Assembly: GCA_963711465.1 (NCBI GenBank)
Contig: CAVQEG010000001.1
Coordinates: 367,724-431,723, forward strand
Direction of reading: 5' to 3'
Source: Chlorobiota bacterium
GTDB taxonomy: Bacteria > Bacteroidota > Ignavibacteria > OLB7
DNA: 64,000 bases
Shown: piece by piece, positions 36,713-44,347 of the stretch
Layout: every line of letters begins with the position of its first letter
Numbering within the stretch: the stretch's first letter is position 1
Position numbers and translations under genes: made by a program
The notes under the pieces: model-generated
What the model was told of the DNA's origin: nothing
Database searches by the model: none
What the model saw: the letters and a program-made list of their open reading frames with translations, nothing else

Positions 36713-38161
36713 ATGCTCGTCGTTATCAGCGACCTTCACCTCAACGATCACACCTCCGGACGCCACAGTCCGCCGCCGGACGCGTTCGAGCGCGTCTTCC
36801 TGCCACAGGTGGTCTCCCTGGCTCGGAGTCGTCGGGCGCGCGATGTGAAGCTGCTGTTGCTCGGCGACACGTTCGAGCTCATGCGCAGCGAGCACTGGCT
36901 GCGCGCCGACGAGGCCGATCGACCATGGGGCGATCATGCGCAGGCCGACGTCGATGCGGCCGACGGCAGCGAGTCGGGAAGGACGGCACAGGTGTGTCTG
37001 CGCATCCTCGGACGGCTCCCGTCCAACCGACTGCGTGCGTCCGTACCCGAAGACACCATCCTCTACCACAATTGGGAACTCCTCGAGGGAATCCGTCAGT
37101 TCGGTGAGCGCGTGCGCAGCGAGCTCGGGCACGCGCTTGCGGTCGAGGTGCTGTTCGTTCCCGGTAACCATGATCGACTGACCAACGTGTACGCCTCGGT
37201 TCGCGACGAGGTGGCGCGCATCCTCGGGTTGACGATTAATCACCAGACCGTCGACGGCGATCCCGACGGCACGTGGTGGTTCCGGAGCTCGTTTGTCGAC
37301 CCTCAGCACGGCGCGTTCGGCCGCCACGGGCAGGAGTTCGATTACTGGAATTACGGTGGGGAGAATGACTTCACGAGACGCGGGCACATTCAGGTGCCGG
37401 TGGGTGATGCCCTGGGAATCGAATTCGCAACGAAGCTCCCGCATCGTATCGCGTTGCGCCGCGAGGACAACCCGCTGATCACCGACTCGCTCGTTGAATT
37501 CATCAAGGATATTGGACTCGTCCGACCGTTCACCGATGCGATCAGGTGGCTCTACTTCGCAATCAAGCGGGAAGACAGCGGTGCGGTGCGGGCGTCGCTG
37601 AACGAGGCGTTCGACGAAGTGGTCACCGAGATCCTCGACCTGAAGTTCATCCAGCAATGGCGAAGTCCCGGAACCCTGACCGATGAACTGGTTCGCGCCG
37701 CGTCATCGCGTTGGCTGCGATGGATTCCGAAGGCGCTCATCGATCGCCTCGACGCCGAGGAGATTCTGCCATTCTTTGCGGGCATTGGACACAACCCGAG
37801 AAATCCCGAGGAGGACGTTCACCTTCGTGCGGCATATCGCGAGCAGATCTGGCGCGAGGATCCGCGCATCCAGTTGATTCTCTACGGGCACACGCATTTT
37901 CCGGTGCAGCGACCCCTCGACGCGGCTCACGACCACGAGGTGATCTACATCAATACCGGGACGTGGCGTGACAGCATCTTCCGAACGACGCTCTACGATA
38001 GGGATGCCGACTTCCTCAAGCTCGGTCAGATTGCATTCACCACGATCTATCGAGCCGACGAGGACACCGACCGCAAGTCGGGAGAGACCGTCAGCTTTGA
38101 CGCATGGAGCGGTGCCACCAAGGCGCTGCGCCGCTCCGACCTGCTGCCGCGCGTCGGGTAG
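36713..38161 (+). CDS. Calcineurin-like metallophosphoesterase with a large internal insertion
   Basis: Metallophosphoesterase motifs are MLVVISDLHL (DxH), LLLLGDTFEL (GD), FVPGNHD (GNHD/E) and LILYGHTH (GH.H). About 230 aa separate the GNHD and GHTH motifs. Confidence 0.8.
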   Translation: MLVVISDLHLNDHTSGRHSPPPDAFERVFLPQVVSLARSRRARDVKLLLLGDTFELMRSEHWLRADEADRPWGDHAQADVDAADGSESGRTAQVCLRILGRLPSNRLRASVPEDTILYHNWELLEGIRQFGERVRSELGHALAVEVLFVPGNHDRLTNVYASVRDEVARILGLTINHQTVDGDPDGTWWFRSSFVDPQHGAFGRHGQEFDYWNYGGENDFTRRGHIQVPVGDALGIEFATKLPHRIALRREDNPLITDSLVEFIKDIGLVRPFTDAIRWLYFAIKREDSGAVRASLNEAFDEVVTEILDLKFIQQWRSPGTLTDELVRAASSRWLRWIPKALIDRLDAEEILPFFAGIGHNPRNPEEDVHLRAAYREQIWREDPRIQLILYGHTHFPVQRPLDAAHDHEVIYINTGTWRDSIFRTTLYDRDADFLKLGQIAFTTIYRADEDTDRKSGETVSFDAWSGATKALRRSDLLPRVG

Positions 38162-38285
38162 CCGTTCGACCGTCGCGGCGCGCACGCAAATCGATCCACC
38201 ACAGCACCGAATCCATTCCGTCCATATATCGGAGGCTCGGGTCTCGCCAACGCCGTCCTATTGAGTATGTTGTGAATCTGTAGCC

Positions 38286-38912
38286 ATGATGAAGCCCCTG
38301 GACTCCATAACCGGCCGCGTCTTTCGCGACACCTCCCATCTTCAGGATCTGATCGTTTCGGTCGAACCCGGCGACAAGCGCATCGAGTTCCAGGAGCTTC
38401 GGCGCAGCACCGAAGACGCCGGAGCTCGTACGACCTGCAGCTTCATCGTCGGACCCGACCGCTATCGGCAGATCGACGTGCGCTTTCTTCGAGGGGCCGA
38501 GAAGTCGCGGACGCTCGTTGAGGTGGAGGAATCGGGCGCGGTGCACGTGCACCATAACCGCAACGGTCGCTCGTTCCAATGTCGTGACACGCCGCTGCTC
38601 TTCGATGGCCCTGGTGCGCTTTTCGACTACGTCAACGTGGTGATGATCCTGGGTCTGCCGCGCGGAACCGAGCGCGTGTCGCCGGTGTACATCATCGATC
38701 ACCGGTCCGGCGAACTCATCCGCTCGATCAACCATTTCCGCTGGAGCGGGGACAGCGTGATCATCAACAAGGGCGTGGATGTGCTGGCGGATTCGGAAAT
38801 CATCTTCCTTCCGGACACATACATTCTCTCCGAATACGTCGCCGGTGGGTTCCGCACGACCTTCGACCTTGGCGATGATCCCGACATCGGGCACGGCCCC
38901 TTCGATTACTGA
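38286..38912 (+). CDS. Hypothetical protein (208 aa, no motif recognised), immediately upstream of thiE
   Basis: Third-position G/C bias is strong in this frame. There is no signal peptide. The stop lies 21 nt before the thiE start. The overlapping antisense ORF 38091..39182 looks like a shadow. Confidence 0.7.
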   Translation: MMKPLDSITGRVFRDTSHLQDLIVSVEPGDKRIEFQELRRSTEDAGARTTCSFIVGPDRYRQIDVRFLRGAEKSRTLVEVEESGAVHVHHNRNGRSFQCRDTPLLFDGPGALFDYVNVVMILGLPRGTERVSPVYIIDHRSGELIRSINHFRWSGDSVIINKGVDVLADSEIIFLPDTYILSEYVAGGFRTTFDLGDDPDIGHGPFDY

Positions 38913-38933
38913 ACCACCCTGTATCTCTCGTTC

Positions 38934-39578
38934 ATGACGGTCGGAAGTCTCCACGTCATCACCGACTGCACGGTGCAGCAGCGCTTCACGCCGGCCCGGC
39001 TTGCCGAAATGGCGATTGCCGGGGGGGCCGACGTCATTCAATACCGGGATAAGACCGCAGACGTGGGGCGGATGATCGATCAGGCGGGTGAGGTGCGCAG
39101 CATCTGCGTTTCCGTCGGTGTTCCGCTCATCATCGATGACCGCGTCGACGTGGCGCTCGCGGTCGATGCCCAGGGCGTTCACCTCGGCGAGAATGACATG
39201 CCGATCGCCATCGCGCGGCGGTTGCTCGGGCCCGACGCGATTATCGGAGGTACGATTCGTTCAGCGGCCGAGCTTCGGGCGGCCATGGCCCACGGAGCCG
39301 ACTACGTCGGTCTGGGGCCGCTGTATTCGACGGCAACGAAATCGGTGCAGCATGCCGTGCTGACCGCACAAACGGTGCGTGAGGTTTGCGCCGCGGCTCG
39401 CGTTCCAGTCATCGGCATAGCTGGTATCACTGAGCGCACCGCATCTGAAGCCATGGCGCTCGGACTCGACGGGGTGGCGGTCGTCGCGGCCGTCTGTGCC
39501 TCGGACGATCCGGAGGCGGCCACGCGCGCGCTGCGCCGCGTCGTCGACGAAGCGCTCCGGCTCAGGACCAGCGCCTGA
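38934..39578 (+). CDS. thiE: Thiamine-phosphate synthase ThiE
   Basis: Motifs are LHVITD, VIQYRDK, PLIIDDRVDVALAVDAQGVHLGE, IGGTIRS, ADYVGLGPLYSTATK, PVIGIAGI and GVAVVAAV. Confidence 0.9.
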   Translation: MTVGSLHVITDCTVQQRFTPARLAEMAIAGGADVIQYRDKTADVGRMIDQAGEVRSICVSVGVPLIIDDRVDVALAVDAQGVHLGENDMPIAIARRLLGPDAIIGGTIRSAAELRAAMAHGADYVGLGPLYSTATKSVQHAVLTAQTVREVCAAARVPVIGIAGITERTASEAMALGLDGVAVVAAVCASDDPEAATRALRRVVDEALRLRTSA

Positions 39579-39657
39579 TTTGCCACCCGTGCAAAAATTC
39601 CCGCCAGGCCATCGTTCGATTCTCCTGATCGCCCGCCGCCCACCCGTCCGGATGCGT

Positions 39658-40422
39658 TCACCGCGCGACATACCCACCATCGACCAACAGCGAATGACCG
39701 TCGACGAAAGATGAACGGGACGAGGACAGCCAGATGACTGCTTCGGCCACCTCCTCGGACGTTCCAAGGCGACCTGCAGGATGGAGGCTTCGAATGGTGT
39801 CGTAGATCTCACTCCCCTTCGTGATTCCAGCGTGTTCGAGAAGCGGGGTATAGATGAATCCGGGACAGACGGCGTTGATATGGATATTCTGCGCTGAGTA
39901 CTCGATCGCCGCTGTCTTGGTGAGGCCGAGCACGCCGTGCTTTGCAGCGACGTAGGCGGAGGCGTTGGCGAAGCCGACAGTTCCCAGAATCGACGCCATG
40001 TTGACGATCGCGCCACCGCCAGCCTTCAACATCTGCGGTATCTCGTATCGCATGCAGTAGTAGACGCCGATGAGGTTCACACCGATGACTTCCAGCCAAC
40101 CCTCATCCGGGTATTCACCCGTGGGCATCGAGGGGCCGCCGATCCCGGCGTTGTTGCATGCGAAGTCGAGCCGGCCGAATCTCGCCACAGTGGCGTCGAT
40201 CAACTGTTGTACCTCGTCGGATTTCGCCACATCGCAGGCGATCGAGGCGGCGGTGCCGCCGCCACGAGAGATTTCTTCGGCGGTATCCGCCGCGGCATCC
40301 GCATCGATGTCCGATGCGACCACCTGTGCGCCATGCTGCGCGTACAGCAGCGCCGTGGCTCGGCCGATTCCTGAGCCGGCACCGGTGACCAGCGCCACCT
40401 TCCCGTTGAATTCCGATTCCAT
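39658..40422 (-). CDS. Short-chain dehydrogenase/reductase (SDR) family oxidoreductase
   Basis: The start is trimmed to MESEFNGKVALVTGAGSGIGRA (TGxxxGIG). It has NNAG and the catalytic YVAAKHGVLGLTK (YxxxK). Confidence 0.9.
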   Translation of the reverse strand: MESEFNGKVALVTGAGSGIGRATALLYAQHGAQVVASDIDADAAADTAEEISRGGGTAASIACDVAKSDEVQQLIDATVARFGRLDFACNNAGIGGPSMPTGEYPDEGWLEVIGVNLIGVYYCMRYEIPQMLKAGGGAIVNMASILGTVGFANASAYVAAKHGVLGLTKTAAIEYSAQNIHINAVCPGFIYTPLLEHAGITKGSEIYDTIRSLHPAGRLGTSEEVAEAVIWLSSSRSSFVDGHSLLVDGGYVAR

Positions 40423-40515
40423 GGGAACCTCCCCAGTCTGGTGTACAATCCGTTCGCGACGTTCAAGACGTGCAGCAAACCTCGGGCGAATCCGGGAGGA
40501 AGTCCATGACATCAA

Positions 40516-41439
40516 TCATGCGCCGTCACGTCCACCACGCATGAGCGGGTAACGATCGAGCACCTCGGCAAGCCGCTCGCCGCCTTTGATTCCGAAGTCG
40601 AGCGTGCGGATGGGGAACGGGATGGTGATTCCATTCCGATCGAACGCAGATTTGATCCGCATGATTGCCTCGCTGCGGGCACCCAGGAAATCAGTCTGCC
40701 GGGCAAATTCAATCCAGAACCGTACCTGGAAATTGATGGATGAATTTCCGAACTCCGTGAAATACAAATCTATCGGATGGTCCGTCAGCACTCCTTTGAC
40801 TGACCGCACTGCCTCGAGCGTCACGCGTCGGACGGACGCGAGATCATCACCATAGGAAATGCCCACCTCGAGATCGATCCTTCGGTGGCCGTGCCGGGAG
40901 TAATTGAGTAGCGTATTCTGGAAGATCTGCTTGTTCGGAATGACGATTTCCTGGCCCTGCAGCGATCGTAATTCACTCGTTCTCAGGTGAATCGACTCGA
41001 CGATGCCGAGCTGCTCGTTCGTTTCAACCAGATCGCCAATTCGAAGCGGGCGCCGCAGCGCCATGATGATTCCGGCGATGAAATTCTCGGCGATGTCCTG
41101 GAAGGCGAATCCCAGTGCCAGACCAACGATACCGGCCCCCGCAAGCAGCGTCGTTACCGTTTTGTCCAGATTCAGAATCCCCAGCGCAACGAACGTTCCA
41201 AGAAGGATGATTGAGGTGTAGATCAGAGATACGAACAGGCGCTCCAGCGTCGAGTTGGTCAGGAACCGTCCCACGAGTCGCTGCGCGAGATTTCGTACCA
41301 GCTTCGCAAGCAGCCAGAAGGCGATCATCACGACGACCGCCATGATCACGTTCGGCAGGTTGATGAAGAACACCTGGTACCACTCGACAAGGCGATGCGT
41401 GATCAGGTTCCACGCGTTCGTCAGTTGATTGTCATTCAT
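40516..41439 (-). CDS. Small-conductance mechanosensitive channel (MscS family)
   Basis: Three N-terminal TM helices are followed by the MscS signature region GIVGLALGFAFQDIAENFIAGIIMALRRPLRIGDLVE...GIVESIHLRTSELRSLQGQEIVIPNKQI. Confidence 0.85.
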   Translation of the reverse strand: MNDNQLTNAWNLITHRLVEWYQVFFINLPNVIMAVVVMIAFWLLAKLVRNLAQRLVGRFLTNSTLERLFVSLIYTSIILLGTFVALGILNLDKTVTTLLAGAGIVGLALGFAFQDIAENFIAGIIMALRRPLRIGDLVETNEQLGIVESIHLRTSELRSLQGQEIVIPNKQIFQNTLLNYSRHGHRRIDLEVGISYGDDLASVRRVTLEAVRSVKGVLTDHPIDLYFTEFGNSSINFQVRFWIEFARQTDFLGARSEAIMRIKSAFDRNGITIPFPIRTLDFGIKGGERLAEVLDRYPLMRGGRDGA

Positions 41440-41584
41440 GCTTCGGACAGTGAGTGTGAGGTTGCACGGGAGACGTCCGTTCCAGGCCGTTGCATCGGAA
41501 CTGCGATACGTTCCTCGAGGCGTTCGTTCGTCATTACTATCAGGGGAAGGAAAGAAGGTTCAGTACCACCAGCCGATCGAAATC

Positions 41585-43165
41585 ATGACGAACAATTCGC
41601 AAATCGCACGGAGAGGAATGATGAAAAATATTGCACGCACCCGGAATTCGCCGACACTCGTGAGAAATCTTCGTAACGCCGCTGTGACGGCAATCATGCT
41701 CATCGTCACCGCAGCCGCAGCCGGCGCGCGACCTGCAATGCCCATCACCGATCAGTCGGTACGGCAGTGGGTCGTCGATCAGCTTTCGAGCGATCAGGCA
41801 GTCCGCCACGATGCAATATCCGTCGAGGTCAACGATGGTACCGTCATCCTTACCGGATCGGTTGCCTCACCGTTCAATGAACGCCGCGCCGCCAGCATTG
41901 CGCGCACCGTTCGCGGTGTGACGTCGGTCGATGATCGGCTCGTCGTCGATGCCAATGTTCAATTGGGAAATGAGGTGCTGCGCAGCAGCGTCGAGTCCGC
42001 GCTCGCGGATGTACCGCTGTCGTCGAGCGAACGAATCGACGTCAGCGTGACCGACGGCAACGTACGACTCAGCGGGCAGGTACGTGACTGGCAGCACCGG
42101 CAGCTTGCCGATCAGGCGGTCGGGCGACTCATCGGCGTGCGTTCCGTAGACGATCAACTGACGCTCGCGCGGCAGACAGCGGCCAACGACGACGCCGTCG
42201 AGTCCGCGCTCCGGAACCGACTGGCGTGGGACGGATTGATTGATGCCTCCGCAACCTCGTTCGACGTGAATAATGCGACGGTGACGCTTCGAGGAACCGT
42301 CGGAAGTGCCGCCGAGCGGATGCGGGCGATCGATGATGCCCATGACGTTGGTGCCGTCCGTGTCGATGCCGCCGGGCTCCGTGTGGCCGGCTGGGACCGG
42401 GCTGCAGCGTTTCGAGATGACAAATTCGACGTCAGAGAGGACGGTGAAATCCAGGCAGCGGTCGAGCGTGCACTGTGCAGCGACGCGTGGGCGGGCGGTC
42501 AGGATATCCACGTCGCCGTCGCCAATGGTGAGGTGACGCTCACTGGTACCACCGCGATGTTGAAGGCCGCACGGATGGCCCGGCAGGTCGCGCGCACCGT
42601 CACGAACGTGGCCGGCGTCGAGTCCCGAGTCAGTGTGCAGGTGAATTCGCATGTGTCGGACGAGACGCTGAGCGCACGTGCGATCGCTGCGATCCGACGC
42701 GATGCCGCTCTCGAGGGAACAGGGGTTTCCGTTGTCGTGTCCGGGAACGAGGCGCGACTCATCGGGTCGGTGGCATCGCAGTTCCAGAAATCCGTTGCCG
42801 ATGACGATGTCTCCCGCGTGAAGGGAATCGTCGCCGTCGACAACCGGATCGGGGTGGAGCACAGCAGTGATCCGCTCGTGTACAATCCGTGGGTCGACAC
42901 GTTCATGCCGTACGATTACACCTGGTGGACCGACTATCGGCCGGCCTCGCATTCGGGAGTCAGCGACGATGCATTGAAGACCCGGATAGTCGACGGATTC
43001 GCGAACAGCCCGTTCGTCGAAGACAACGCGGTCACAGTGACCGTGCGAGATGGTGCGGCCTTCCTCAATGGTCGCGTGCAGTCATGGACCGAGCGGTGGG
43101 TGGCTGAACAGGATGCCTTCAATGCGGGCGCACGCCTGGTATACAACAACGTCAAGGTGAAGTAG
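41585..43165 (+). CDS. Secreted protein with six tandem BON domains (OsmY-like)
   Basis: There are six repeats of roughly 65-70 aa. Each has the form D..L...V..AL......(I/V).V.V.(D/N)G.V.L.G.V.........A....R...GV..V.(D/N).L.V. An example is ISVEVNDGTVILTGSVASPFNERRAASIARTVRGVTSVDDRLVV. The start is ambiguous: ATG at 41585, 41618 or 41621. Confidence 0.8.
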   Translation: MTNNSQIARRGMMKNIARTRNSPTLVRNLRNAAVTAIMLIVTAAAAGARPAMPITDQSVRQWVVDQLSSDQAVRHDAISVEVNDGTVILTGSVASPFNERRAASIARTVRGVTSVDDRLVVDANVQLGNEVLRSSVESALADVPLSSSERIDVSVTDGNVRLSGQVRDWQHRQLADQAVGRLIGVRSVDDQLTLARQTAANDDAVESALRNRLAWDGLIDASATSFDVNNATVTLRGTVGSAAERMRAIDDAHDVGAVRVDAAGLRVAGWDRAAAFRDDKFDVREDGEIQAAVERALCSDAWAGGQDIHVAVANGEVTLTGTTAMLKAARMARQVARTVTNVAGVESRVSVQVNSHVSDETLSARAIAAIRRDAALEGTGVSVVVSGNEARLIGSVASQFQKSVADDDVSRVKGIVAVDNRIGVEHSSDPLVYNPWVDTFMPYDYTWWTDYRPASHSGVSDDALKTRIVDGFANSPFVEDNAVTVTVRDGAAFLNGRVQSWTERWVAEQDAFNAGARLVYNNVKVK

Positions 43166-43430
43166 GGGCCACCGGCGCTGCTCCAGAGCGCTCGACTGCG
43201 GATTGCCACAAACCGAAACCGGCCTCACTTCAACAGACCGGTAGTCAACCCTACGAATTACACAGTCTGTAACATGAGGCCGGAATCGGAAGGACCGGGA
43301 ATGTCCGAAGTGGCTGTCCGTACCACTCGGGCGGCCCGGTACCGAACTGACGGAGTATACGCGGGGCAGACGGGGATGTGGGTGAAGCGGCACTACAAGG
43401 AGTAGCGCGGCGCAATTTGCACAATTCGAC

Positions 43431-43502
43431 GCAGCCGACCGAATTGCACTCGCGCGGTATGGGAATTGCACCATCCATACCGCCGGTGTAGCGGTCGGCT
43501 GC
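43431..43502 (+). promoter_or_regulatory. Nested inverted-repeat element in the 420-nt region upstream of the first RGDY-rich gene
   Basis: The outer 11-bp stem is GCAGCCGACCG (43431-43441) with CGGTCGGCTGC (43492-43502). It encloses an inner 9-bp stem, GCGGTATGG (43454-43462) with CCATACCGC (43475-43483). GAATTGCAC occurs twice (43441, 43463), and a related AATTTGCAC occurs at 43414. The function (operator or RNA structure) is not established. Confidence 0.45.
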
Positions 43503-43585
43503 GCCTCCGTTGGGGGCACTTCCACGACGGTCAGCGAGCCTCCGCAGCAGCACCCCCACAGAACAACACTCGAAACTGACGAACC

Positions 43586-44296
43586 ATGAAATACACTCCA
43601 GAAAATGATCGCGCCCGGTCTGGACCCTGGTACGACAGCCGCCACCGGGGACGCGGTGACGACATCGAACAACGCGAAATGCGATATCACCGGACGCAAC
43701 AGGGACCGGGCTTTGGTGAACGGCTGCAACGGATCGATCCCCGAAACCCACGCGACGCCGAGGGAATCGATCGCATGAGGCGTGGTTTTGATCGCACCTC
43801 GGATTGCTACGTCGGATCGAGCTACGGCTCCGGAATCGCTTCGGACGATCGCCGCCACGTCCAGATACGTCCGGTCGACTACGGCGATGGCAGGCCGGGA
43901 GATCGGCCCCTCGACGAGCGGAGCTATCGAACGCGTTACGGCAGGGCGGAGTTCGGCGAATACATCGCCGGAGGGTACGGACACGACGCAGGCAATCGGG
44001 GAGGGTCCGGATTCAATCAGGGCCGCACTGGGGGATATGGAAGCGGACTGAGGCGCGTGCGTAATGATCAGACAGCCTCGCGCGGCGGCTACGACCAGCG
44101 CGGTCAGCCCGATGAGGTCGGGTATCGAGGGGAATTCGGTCGCAGTCGCTTCGGTGGCGGCACCTCGACCCTGGGTTCTCAGGGTGGCTACGGACGCGAA
44201 CACACCCGTCATCGCACTGCCCGCCCCGACGAGTTGGGTTCCCCCGAGGATCGACGTGATACTCCAGCCGGGCGCCGACCGGGGCCTCGGAGATAG
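43586..44296 (+). CDS. Hypothetical Arg/Gly/Asp/Tyr-rich low-complexity protein, predicted intrinsically disordered (236 aa)
   Basis: The ATG-initiated ORF reads MKYTPENDRARSGPWYDSRHRGRGDD...GGYGHDAGNRGGSGFNQGRTGGYGSG...GGYGRE. It has almost no aliphatic residues, prefers TAC/GAC/CGC codons, and lies in the same orientation as the BON gene and the next gene. Competing shadow ORFs exist, so the coding call is tentative. Confidence 0.55.
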   Translation: MKYTPENDRARSGPWYDSRHRGRGDDIEQREMRYHRTQQGPGFGERLQRIDPRNPRDAEGIDRMRRGFDRTSDCYVGSSYGSGIASDDRRHVQIRPVDYGDGRPGDRPLDERSYRTRYGRAEFGEYIAGGYGHDAGNRGGSGFNQGRTGGYGSGLRRVRNDQTASRGGYDQRGQPDEVGYRGEFGRSRFGGGTSTLGSQGGYGREHTRHRTARPDELGSPEDRRDTPAGRRPGPRR

Positions 44297-44347
44297 GGCA
44301 CCGACAGCGACATCCAACATCCATTCAAACCAGCGGAGAATTCATTC

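Noticed and set aside
36704-37657. A 317-aa minus-strand ORF lies antisense to the metallophosphoesterase.
   Set aside because: The plus-strand frame contains all the metallophosphoesterase motifs in the correct order. The antisense frame has none.
38091-39182. A 363-aa minus-strand ORF overlaps the orphan 208-aa gene and thiE.
   Set aside because: It overlaps a definite thiE on the other strand. It is Arg/Asp/His/Gly-rich, and the plus-strand frame shows the expected GC3 bias.
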